A stretch of 64,000 nucleotides of DNA from Antedon mediterranea (lineage: Eukaryota > Animalia > Echinodermata), in contig NC_092675.1 of the NCBI RefSeq assembly GCF_964355755.1, positions 26,012,912 through 26,076,911 of the forward strand, given 5' to 3'. A program made the translations under genes and the position numbers. The notes beneath the pieces are model-generated. The model searched no databases and was not told the DNA's origin. It worked only from the letters and a program-made list of their open reading frames with translations. The number at the start of each line of letters is the position of its first letter. Position 1 is the first letter of the stretch. Below are positions 1 to 11,801 of this stretch, piece by piece.

Positions 1-1837
1 AATTGAAAAATCCACCTCATGAGGTGGATTTTTGAAACAGCAAGTTTATCTCAAAATTTACACCACACGCGGCCATTACACGTGTAAATTTGTTCCATCC
101 GAACGGGCTCTTAGTCTTCCATTCCTCTGTGTGAAATCAGTCCCAGCCTCTTGGAGCAGAGGCTATTGTGTATGCTTTGACTGTAATTTCAAACACTAAT
201 GTCTCTGAAATGTATTTGTGTTTGGGCCCATGTTGCGACCCTGATGTTATTGCATTTATATAATGCTATTTTTGTAATTTAAATAACTTTTCATCAATAA
301 AAAAGTAAGTAAAACTCTTGTCTCTTGTAATCTTGTACTAACAATTTAAGATCACTTTAGATAGATTTTGATGTATTGAAATTATTCCTACAAAATTGAA
401 TTGAAAATGTACATAAACTCCTGTAAAATCAGACCCTTTAGCAATTTAGCAATCGAGTCGAAAGAATTACTGTAATAGACAACATTTTGGTTTTGGAAGT
501 TCAGAGAATCAGGGAGTAGGGATTTGATGTTTATTTAATGAAGTGCCCACTGTATGTACCGGTATATGAAACTTGGACATTAAACAACTTTTTTTTAAAT
601 GGTGACGCTAGACTCTAAAATCAAATTCCAAAACGCAATATATATTTAAAAATACAAAAATGCATATGATTTATTTTCATCTAGCCAATAAAATTGATTT
701 TAATACAATTTAAAAAATAAACACATTTCAGTAATACTCAATTTTAATCATTATACCAAAATACCTGTCATGAATACAGTACTCTTATTTATAATGAATA
801 AGACCATACCACAAGGTACTAGTCAGTTTCTTTAAGTTTAATTTACTTAATTAAAATGTTTTCAAATACAAATCTATAATATTGCATTATAAATAAGTAC
901 TTGTGTATCAAAGAGTTTGCTTTACTCTACTATAAATTTCAAAACATAGACTTTGTCAATTACTGGAATGTGTTCAATGGGTGTTGCACAAAATTGTACA
1001 AAGGATTTAGTTAAATAATATAATTTACATCTTTTACTTTTAGATTATTTATCTATTTATTATACACAATACAATTTTCATAAGTTAAATACTACAGTAT
1101 TAATGTCCTTAGTAACGAAAAATCATGTTGGATTATTGAATACACACTTTACATTGAACATATTGTTTTAAACGTGATAGCCTCTTAAAATCAATAAAAT
1201 TAAACTTCTAGCCTAACAAAATTTAGGGTGAATATTTTAAAAATCCTGTGTCCAGAACTGAATAATAAAACTGCATTGTTATTTTTTTATTACTAAAAGT
1301 ACTAAAAACATTTACAAAAGTAAAACTAAATTAATAAGTTGGCAGTTATGAATATATTCAAAATTAAATTCAAATGCATTCAAATATGCATTATCACATA
1401 CAATCATATGTTTTATCAATTCATTGCCTAAAATTATAAATTAAAACGTTAAAGTTTACTATGATTTAAATAGCACCTAAGTCGGTGACAAGAAATGTAG
1501 CAAACAATAGTTTCCATGAAAAAATGCAAAATAACAATTAGTTACTACTAATGTAAAGGACTTATAAAATCATGAAGTAAAAAGTTTCAAAGGGAATTAT
1601 ATGTTATTATGGCAAAATGAAAAGCTTAAACAATCAAATAATCTACAAACTGCAGCAAAGTAGTATTTATACAGTATTCCTTATATTAATGAAGTTTCTA
1701 GGAAACTAATGCAAGAGAACAACTTCTATTGTATATAAATACATTAAAGCTTTTAATTCTATTGCTTGTGATTGGTCAAATGTTGTGGGTACATTGTTGC
1801 ACCCTTGAACCAAACTCTAATTGGCAACTTCAAGTTA

Positions 1838-4775
1838 TTAGTACTGGTATATGTTGATTGAATTACCATAGACTACAGCGAGACGCCCATTGGAAGCTGA
1901 AAGTCCAAGTGAGCATTCCTCACTATAAATTGCCTTCACAAATTTAAAATCTTTGTCGTACATTAAAATACGACTTTTCATACCTAAGAAAATATTATAC
2001 TCTTCATCAACACAAACAGCATAATCACATTTCAAAGACTTGACACACATATTAGATTTCATATCAAGAACTTCAACAAAGCAAGTGTTGCTAGAAATCT
2101 CTGAGTCATCTTCATCACCTGATGATGAATGTGTGGCTTTGTTGTTACAAATAAACAATTTATCATTTGTATGTGTAACATCAAGAAACCAGGGTGATAT
2201 TGATACTGTTCTGTTATCAGGAGTAGAAAGAATTGTAATTTGTTTACACAATTTTTCGTTTATGTAATGATTAACGCAATTTCCTACATTGTTTGACACA
2301 TAAACATGGACATTCCCTGATTCTTTTGAAACTGCAATACCTTGTGGTATTCCTTTATCGCCAAAATCTCCTTTGCCAAATTGGCTTATTTCCCATTTCA
2401 TTTCATTTAACATATCGAGAACAATAATTTCTTTTGCATTTGTCTCTGTAAGGAAAATTTTACTATCAATGCAGCAAATATTAAAAAATTTACTCTTATC
2501 ACCTGTTGAAAAACATTCACAACTACTACTACGATCAAATCTGACAATTGTGTTTGTATTGTTGCAACAAAGAAGGTACTTTCTTTGAGAGGTGAAGCAT
2601 ACATCAAATACATGCTGAGGTTCTTGCCACTTCATGATTTCTGTCAAGTTGAAATCAATTGGTTTTGAAATGTTTTCACCACAAACATACGCTGGGCCCA
2701 ATCTCCACAATCCTGTATTTTTGCTTTTACACTTAAATTGTAGGGTACAACGGTTTTCCAACTGACTCTTATCCAATTCATAATTACCTTGATTCTCAGA
2801 GTTTTGCAGAATTAAATGTGCTGATACAGGTGTATCTTCATGACTTTTGGTTACAGGATTACCAGCAGAATCTCTTAAATCAACTTCTACCCTTATTGTT
2901 TCATTGTTTTCAAATTTACATATTTTAGGAAAGCTGATAGAACATTTACTAGTATCTACTGGTATATAATCAACACACTGACAATATTCATTAACCATGT
3001 CTTCAAATTTTTTCAAATCATCCTGAATATTACTTATTGGTTTGAAATAACCAATGCAATCTGGACAACATCCTTTAATTTCATCCATCAACGAATCAGA
3101 AATTGATGTCTTACTGATCTCTTTTAAAAAAAGTTCCAGTTGTTTAATTTTCTGTTCAAGTTTTGAAATTTTATTTTGTTTCGTTTTTTCAAGACCACGT
3201 ATGCGTACACTTACCACATCATCAATCTTATTTTTCATATCCTTGCCAGTCTGTACAAGGCGAACTCTACATTTTTCTGCTGTTTTATGTACACGTTTCT
3301 TTGTCTCTATACATTTTATTAGTTGTGTTTCTATCTGCTTCTGTAGCAACTGATGTTCATAGGGCAAACCTAACAAAATAGAGTGAACTATAAATGTTTC
3401 TATAAATGAAATAGAACAAAAAAACAAAGGCCTGCCTACAATTAAGAAATACGATAACAAAATTAACTTTTTCAGGCTTAACTAAAACAAGGCTGGATTC
3501 TGATTTTCATTATAGATATGGTGAGACCAAAACAGTATTTGAAAACAAAGTTTAAATTTGATAATTTTCAGTTAATAAAACAACAACTTCATGAAATAAT
3601 CTGTTCATTTTAAAAAGGAAGTAAAATTAATAAATAATTTTTGGCTTTTATTACACTATGTTAAAGTAAACAGAATATATTTTAAAGTTTTTTATTTTAA
3701 AATATTAAATAGTTATTTGAACAAGAACAAGATATTGATTGATTAAAAAAAAAACCGAAATATGCCAGTTTTTTTATGTCTCACTTACTTTGACCTATAT
3801 CTGTTGGATTGCTGCTATCTGCTATGTCAATATCTACAGTTTCTTGTTCTGTAACACCAATAAAACTACTCTTGAATTTTTTTGCAACTGAAAAAAGGTA
3901 TGGTTCATTATAATGGGTATTTTGCAAAATCATAGAATCACTTACTTTTACCCAGTTGAAATTCTGTTTTAAATAACAATATTAGCTCAAATAATTGATT
4001 TTCTACTCAAATTCTAATTTCATTTATTTTTTATCTTTTTATACCATTTATTTTAGAAACAAGTGGTTTGAATAACATTTAGTACACCATTAGATCAGCT
4101 CCATATCATTGGTGACTTGCAATTATTTTTAGGCCTTTTGTCTACTAAAATTCTAATTTAATTTATTCCATTTAAACTATATTTAGTTTGAATCATTATC
4201 AGCCTACCATATTTTTCAATTGTTATTGATCCTCTGGAGTCACCAACTTTTTGGAGATGTCTTTGAAACTTCTTCAAAGTTGACACATCAGACTGATTTA
4301 ATATCAATTTCTCATCCAGGTGTAACAGTAATTTCCAAATGCAACTGAAATCTTCTTTTAATTCATAAAGACACTTCAAAGCTGTCAAATCTCCTGTAAA
4401 TTGATGTCCAACTTCAATCAAAGCCAGACGAAAGTTAGAAAAGTGTTTTGACTCCTTTGTTACATCATACTTATAGTCTGGAACCTTCCCGTTATCAGCA
4501 ACCATTATTTCTTTGACTGATGTCCACAAGCGTTTGTTCCCAATCAAAAATAGAATCTCATACATCAGAGACACATCTTGGGTTGTAATTAGATTGTGAT
4601 TCAACAGTTTTCTAAAATAATCAAATGTGTTGCTTTTTGGGAACTTTTTCTCAAAAGCAAGCAAACTTAAAATGTCCTTTTCTTTCAGAGTTGTTTCCTG
4701 ATTAACATGAGTAATGGCACTTAACAAATTGTCCTTTTCCACCAAAGTTTCTTCAGCTTGTTCTGCTCGATCCAT
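1838..4775 (-). CDS. Tandem-DED + coiled-coil + filamin/Ig-like + NHL beta-propeller protein, ~732 aa; exons 4775-4208, 3887-3789, 3369-1838
   Basis: Both introns are GT-AG and phase 1, giving a 2199-nt open CDS. Exon 1 has two DED-like helical repeats (FDYFRKLLNHNLITTQDVSLMYEILFLIGNKRL; FRLALIEVGHQFTGDLTALKCL...LLLHLDEKLIL). Exon 3 has a heptad coiled coil, a filamin-like segment (VDTSKCSI...VDLRDSAGNPV...GENISKPI) and NHL-type repeats (PQGIAVS, VYVSNNVGNCV, SPWFLDV). Confidence 0.8.
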
Positions 4776-6030
4776 TTTTGTTTTTCGTAGCTGGACAATT
4801 TTATCTGAATTTTATAACTTAATAATATTAAGATTGATGGAAATTGATTAATAATAATATTTATTTTATTCCTGTTCAAAAGAAGGTGTATTATTATGAA
4901 AAAGATTTTATTCAGATAAATGAACATGTATTACATGGCAAGCGTACTGTATGTTTGGCGCAATCTTTATTATATATTTCGTATTTTATAAATACATGGT
5001 TCCATGTTGCTGTCATATCCATCACATTTATGGAATATACAAAGATAGAAAAAATAATGGGTTAGGAATTATAACATTATTTCCATTATTAATTCTTTGA
5101 TACTATACAGTATTTTTTTCTCGATTAATCAAAAAAAGATTGTTTTAACATTTATTAGTATGATGTTATACATTCAAAACCATTTACTATTCCAAAAAGA
5201 CTGTCACTGATGTTTTACAAAATTCTGTTAAACTAATATATTACTATACCATTGACATAGTATAAGAATATTGTTTATATTTCAATTACAGTATACCACA
5301 TAATTAATTGCATTCATTACTGAAATATTTTAGGATCTAAAAGGATAAAATATCCATCTCCGTCACAACGAAACATAGGGAAATGTGACGGAGCTGACCG
5401 TGACGGAGATGATGTATTTAGCATAGGACAGCCCAGGATCACCTCGTAGGCATGTCTGACAGCGGAGACGGAGTACATACTTCTAGATACCGTAAATAAA
5501 TTGTACTTCCAGTTGAAAAAAAACCAGAAATTATAATTATTTTATACATGTGTTCTATACCGTTCGGATATGACATTCAATAAAGGTACGCAACTGTAAT
5601 TTTTCTAAAACCTCGTTTTATTAGCTTTTTTCCTCTTTTATTGAAAGTGCGACTAATTTTATTTTCATATCTTCGCATGTTTACAACGCACAATCAATTT
5701 TTTTCCCTGCCGTTCACTAAATTGTAGACGGTACTTTTAAATTATGTTACGGTATACGACACAAAACTGTGGGACAAGCTTTTTCCAAACAAAAACTTTA
5801 AAAGTTTGAGATTTATATGTATGTAGAGATGTATTTTGAATAATAAAATCGCATGAAATCATGATTAACTAACTTTTTACAATATTTTCATTAACAAAAA
5901 TGCTGTTATCAAATATATACGGCGATCATAAAATTGAAGATCTGATGAGGTTTTCTGAAACATATTTATAAAAATTAACAATATTAATGTTATTATCTTT
6001 TTTGGTTTATGTAATTAAATAGGCCTATTA

Positions 6031-9000
6031 CTCTAGTAGCTAGATCAACTTTCGTATGCACTTTGAGGTCCAGAGAATTTGACTTCAGAAATTGGTTTAG
6101 GGTGGTCAAACAATCATTTTTGGCTTGGTTACACATTTTGAAAATGTGGCGAAAGGTCAAAAGGTCAGGGTGAAAGGTCATAAGACCAAACACCAATATG
6201 TCCTTAAATCTCAACAACCACTGGTCACAGCGAAGTAATTTTGGTCTCAAATTGATCAGAAGGTATACATTCAGTCTAATGGGACATTTTAGTCAAAAAT
6301 GACCGGAAATGCCATTTCTGACCTTTGACCCACACCTCAGGGCATGTATGTATCTCCGTAACTACTGATCGTAGACACTTAAATTTGGTCTTAAATTGTT
6401 TGAAATAAATATTTATTATTTGTAGCAAATTTTTAAAAATGTTACAAAAGGTCAAAGGGTCAAGGTCAAAGGTTATATGAACAAATAAAAATAGATACTT
6501 GTATCTCGGCAACCACTCGCAGCAAGTCAACTTTAGTCTCAAAATGTTCAGAAGGCATGCTTTCATATTCAATCTAATGGGACATTTTAGTCAAAAATTA
6601 TCAGAAATGCCATTTCTGACCTTTGACCCACATATCATGGCATCTTCATATCTCTGTAAGTACTGGTCGTAGAAACTTAAATTTGGTATCAAATTGTTCG
6701 AAATATACATATTTACATTCAATGTAATAGAAAATGTGGTTAAAAGATGAACAGAAATACTATTACTAATGTTTCAAACAAAAAACATATCTCTACATAA
6801 CTTATCCTTAGACAGTAATGTTATGCAATAACTGATACTTTAAATTGTTTCAATTTCAAGTACTAGTTATTGCTGTCCCCAAGAACATTTTGATAGAAAC
6901 GTCAAGCTCAACAGTTCTTTTCAGAATGCTAGAAGTAACTTGCCATGTGTATCCGATTAAACTCCCCGGGCATTTATTGTTCAAAGGGTTTTTAGGGGCA
7001 GGGGAGGCATCTTTATTTGTGGTATAATATGGTAATATGTATAATCAAATAAATACCATCTAGATGTAAAAAAAAATACAGCACAATTAATATCAAAAAG
7101 TGAAAAAAATGCTTGGTAAATTGTAGGTTATGGTAGTTAATGTAATGTGTTGTGATACAATTATTGTGTAAATGCATGTGGCGGGCGTATTCCACATGGT
7201 GTTCTATTAGAGGGAATGGTGGCGTTTATTTGAGAGAGGCTTTTATTCAAAGCGGGTGTTAATTCGAATAATTACTCTAATTTTAATAATTATAATTCGT
7301 TTCTCAGCTGATAAAAGGTACTTTACATGATTCGTTTTCTTCTTTATGCTTTTTAACGAAATGTTTCTGTCTTTTAGAATAAAAGTGACACTGTCATAGA
7401 TAACATTAAATGAATCTTCTCTTCCAGGTGCCAGTATAATGATTATAAAACAATGACATATCATTATCCTGACACAATTGCACTCATAATGGATCTTCAT
7501 TCTATCATCTGTTTGTTTGTGACTACAATTTGACAACAATCTTTTGCATATTTTTAAATGCCAATACATAGCTTCATTACTATTGTACAATATGTCCAGC
7601 TTTCCTGAAAACACCCTTGTGTACTGTAGTACAGTGTTGTAGTATGATTTTATCATGATAACTTCTGATGCTTTTATTGTCAATGAATTCAGTACCTAAA
7701 ACATGTCAAAGTTTCTAGTGGTATTGATAATAAATCTCCAGAAACATATATTGTTTTATTATCTACACTGGGAACAGACGTGTATAATAATATACACCGA
7801 CAAAACTTCGTAACATTCAAAAATATTATGCAACAGTGTTACGGAATAATGACAATGAATTGGTCTATTATAGTTGTCTCTGATACCTTTTATTACATGA
7901 TTGTACTTGCAACAGGATAGAATGAGGTTTAATCCAGTTATTATTCTTATTATATTAATTTTTTTTTTTTTATCTGAGGTGTATTTATTTGATTATACAT
8001 GTTACCATTATTACACCCAAACAAAATAAACGCCTTCCCTGAATAACTAAATGCCAGGACCTTTTATTCGGGTAACTATAGTAAGTTACTTCTAGCATTC
8101 TTAACTGTTGAGCTCGAGTATTTATTCGAATTAACACCCGCTTTGAATAAAAGCCTCTATTCCCTTCAATAGAACATCATGTGGAATAAACGCTCCGCCA
8201 CATGCATTTACAAAATAATTGTATCACAACACATTTCATTAATTACCATAATCTACAATTTACCAAGCATTTTGACATAATGTTATCATTTTTTTATATT
8301 AATTTTACTGTATTTTTTTACATCTAGGTGGTATTTATTTGATTATACATGTTACCATATTATACCCCAAATAAAGATGCCTCCCCTCCCCCTAAAAACC
8401 CTTTTGAACAATAAATGCCTGGGGCGTTTAATCGGATACACATGGCAAGTTACTTCTAGCATTCTGAAAAGAACTGTTGAGCTTGACGTTTATATCAAAA
8501 TGTTCTCGTGGACAGCAATAACTAGTAGGCCTACTTGAAATTGAAACAATTTAAAGTATCATATTGCATAACATTACTGTCTAAAGATAAGTTGTGTAGA
8601 GATATGTTTTTTGTTTGAAACATTAGTAATAGTATTTTCTGTTCATCTTTTAACCACATTTTCTATTACAATGAATGTAAATATGTATATTTCGAACAAT
8701 TTGATACCAAATTTAAATTTCTACGACCAGTACTTACAGAGATATGAAGATGCCCTGGTATATGGGTCAAAGGTCAGAAATGGCATTTCTGATCATTTTT
8801 TACTAAAATGTCCCATTAGACGGAATATAAATGCATGCCTTCTGAACATTTTGAGACCAAAATTGACTTGCTGCGACCAGTGGTTGCCGAGATACAAGTA
8901 CCTTTATTTATTTGTTTATATAACCCTTGACCCTGACCCTTTGACCTTTTGTAACATTTTTCAAAATGTTTTTCAAATAACAAAATATATATTTCGAACA

Positions 9001-9364
9001 ATTTAAAACCAAATTCAAGTGTCTACCACCAGTAGTTACGGAGATAAATACATGCCCTGGGTTGTGGGTCAAAGGTCAGAATTGGCATTTCCGGTCATTT
9101 TAAACTAAAATGTCCCATTAGACTGAATATAAATGTATACCTTCTGATCAATTTGAGACCAAAATTACTTCGCTGTGACCAGTGGTTGTTCAGATTTAAG
9201 GACATATTGGTGTTTGGTCTTTCACCCTGACCTTTTGACCTTTCGCCACATTTTCAAAATGTGTAACCAAGCCAAAAATGATTGTTTGACCACCCTAAAC
9301 CAATTTCTGAAGTCAAATTCTCTGGACCTCAAAGTGCATACGAAAGTTGATCTAGCTACTAGAG
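6031..9364. mobile_element. Non-autonomous foldback DNA transposon with ~1.25 kb inverted arms and TA flanks
   Basis: Termini TA|CTCTAGTAGCTAGATC ... GATCTAGCTACTAGAG|TA. 6031-~7277 is the reverse complement of ~8117-9364. Each arm has ~300-bp subrepeats rich in TGACCTTTGACC. No transposase ORF. Confidence 0.85.
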
Positions 9365-9589
9365 TATATTACGTTAATTATGATATAAGTCAAGAATTTT
9401 TATTTATTAATGATGAATTTTCAGTCTCTATCCGACACTTATTGAAGAATGATCCATTACAAAAATATATGGGTAGTAGATGGGCCTCTATGTATGTCGA
9501 TGATGTGTTGTCCAACTTTCCAACAGGATCTTCCCCAATAAAATAATTTGGTTGAATCTTTCAATTCGAAGCTAGGCCATACAAAAGGC

Positions 9590-9940
9590 AGCCCAGAACT
9601 CCTACACTAGGGTAGGCCTAGCTACTACTACTACAAACAACAACTCCCTGCTACTAAGTAGGGATCCGTAAGTAGTAGTAGTAGGGCCTAGCTCCTTTCG
9701 TTAGTTAGCTCTAGCTCTAGGCCTACTATAGGCCTAGTAGTATAGTAGTAGGCTAGTAGGTAGTAGGGCCTAGGCCCTAGAAGTAGAGAGTAGAAGGGCC
9801 TAGCTAGGCTAGGCCCTAGGCCTACTACTACTGGACGAGGCCTAGCTAGTATTTTAGTAGGCCCTAGATAGCTACTAAAAGTAGCCTAGAGAAAGTAATA
9901 GCAATTAGGTTGGCAGAAAGTAGGCCTAGCCTAGGTAGGC
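9590..9940. repeat. Low-complexity block of TAG / TAGGCCTA / TAGCTA / TACTA units
   Basis: The sequence is built almost entirely from these short TA-bounded words. Confidence 0.8.
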
Positions 9941-9941
9941 T

Positions 9942-10068
9942 CGGTCCGCCTAAAAACCGGAAAAAACCAAAAAACACCGGAAAAACCAAAAAATACCGGG
10001 AAAAAACAAAAAAATACCAAAAGAAACCGGAAAATACCAAAAAAAAAATGACTATTTACCGGAAAAAC
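9942..10068. repeat. Probable terminus of the MULE element (CCGG-A-tract subterminal repeats)
   Basis: CGGTCCGCCTAAAAACCGGAAAAAACC followed by repeated ACCGGAAAA/ACCAAAA units, ~1.8 kb past the transposase 3' end. No partner terminus was found. Confidence 0.4.
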
Positions 10069-10646
10069 AACAGATAGGCTAGTAACAAATAAATTAAATG
10101 TGATTTTTGTGTCAAAGTCGATCGTCAAACGCCACAAGTAAACATCTTTGTATAGAGGGCGCAGTCAGATTATGGTTAAAATTATAATAAATAATATAGG
10201 CGGCCATTCTTGCTGTAGTTAATCGAGGTCTAAAAAAATAAATATTTACAATACTGTAATATTATAATTAATTTTAATCAATATATTTTTTTTGTAGGCA
10301 CGTACGCACCAAGTCACCCCTTTTGGCCAATTTATCCCATTACACTATTTTCATAAATTATACATATATAAAAAAAAAAACACCGCATTATCTGTTTCAG
10401 AACATTTAAATTGTCCATTTATTTGACACAGAGCATTCCAATCCAAAATACTCGTTCATGCTTATTTTTCATGATAACATTAATATTATATACTGTACTG
10501 TATAAATAAATAAAAATAAATTGATATAATTATATCTATATAAACACAACAGACAAAGAACATTTATTTTAAACCGCCCGGTGATATACTTACATTTAAT
10601 TAATTAATTAATTTGACACGATAAGATGAGGACATCTGTGATAATG

Positions 10647-10717
10647 AAAAAAAAAAGATTCGAACCCGGAACCTTCTGCTTCATATGCAGATGTCCTAAA
10701 CATTCGAGCACTGGGGC
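10647..10717 (-). pseudogene. tRNA-derived sequence (SINE head or tRNA pseudogene)
   Basis: Minus strand shows a degenerate A box, an anticodon-like stem TCTGC-7nt-GCAGA, a B box GGTTCGAATC and then a T10 run. The 3' side of the acceptor stem is missing. Confidence 0.55.
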
Positions 10718-11432
10718 TTTCATGTTCAAACTGGATAGCGACTTTTTATCACTCTGGGCCTGGTACAGCGGAACAGCACTCCCTCAATTTATATATAATT
10801 AATTATAGGCTAATTATAATTATTAACGTTTAGACCGTAAGTATACGGTACTTTCTACAATAACCAACAATAAATGATACAAAATAACAGTAACAACAAA
10901 GACCGTGCCAACCCTCAGCACTAACATTTCTACAAATTAATCAAATTCAAGAAAATCAAATAATTATGTTTAACACTACAGTAAGGCCTACAACTAATAC
11001 TAGCCTTACAGATTGTATCAATATCAATGAAAAAAATTGTAAAAGGTATACAGTAAGAACGCGCCAATATTTTAGATTTTTAAATTAAAATTGTAAAATT
11101 GTGTTGCTTTTTTCATATACAATGAAGTTGAAATCAATAACACTAAAAATAACTACAGTGATAAATAACATTAATTATTTTGTTTATATACTTGTATTGT
11201 TATTTAAATATTAAAACGTGTTCAGTATTATAATTAGTTTAGACCGTGTAGGACCACCTATAGAATATCATATCATCACATTATCGTTACATTGTATCAT
11301 ATCTATAGTACATTATTACCGGCAGTACAGTTTAACTGATCTCCTATGGTATTTAAATCAAGAAAAGAATAGTTATTTATAATATATGAAATATGGTTAT
11401 ATAACTAAATAAATCATTGCCTTCCTTTTTAC

Positions 11433-11668
11433 TGTTAAATGGAAGAAATTCCTAATCCTAGGGACATGAAGCAGATACGAAATATAAAGTAAGGAATATC
11501 ATGGAAAAAAGAAAAGGGACATCCGGGACAAAATACAGAAGACAAACAATGCGTGGAACACCCGATATTTATTGCACTGAGATGGGTTATGAGAGACCTT
11601 TCTAGATTTCTTAAAGGGAAGATAAGAGAGATTTTGAGTCTGAAGTGCATCTGACCGATGATGTAATT
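11433..11668 (+). pseudogene. Inverted, multiply deleted fragment of the adjacent MULE transposase
   Basis: A patchwork reverse complement of 12556-13049, retaining pieces that encode NPRDMKQIRNIK, EHPIFI, ETFLDF and RDFESEVHL. Confidence 0.85.
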
Positions 11669-11801
11669 AAATGAATTAAAATTAAGATTAATAAAAACGA
11701 TTATTAATTTGGAATAAAAGCAATAGCGAAAATGACAGAGAATTGAAGAGAATTATGCACAAAATAATATAATATGTAAATGGTAAGGCTGTAATCAAAT
11801 A

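Noticed and set aside
3370-3460. N-terminal 30 aa of the 540-aa ORF as a signal peptide or true start
   Set aside because: It is intron sequence upstream of the acceptor at 3370, and the ORF start is a non-ATG codon.
5356-5411. CATCTCCGTCAC / GTGACGGAGATG inverted repeat near the DED gene 5' region
   Set aside because: Only 12 bp, with no TSD or second copy to support an element call.
5993-9546. Similar ORF pairs (5993/9175, 6276/8611) and ORF 7243-7683 as genes
   Set aside because: The pairs are mirror translations of the foldback arms. None has a recognisable domain.
9931-10137. Phe-rich hydrophobic 68-aa ORF
   Set aside because: It is a translation of A-tract terminal repeats.
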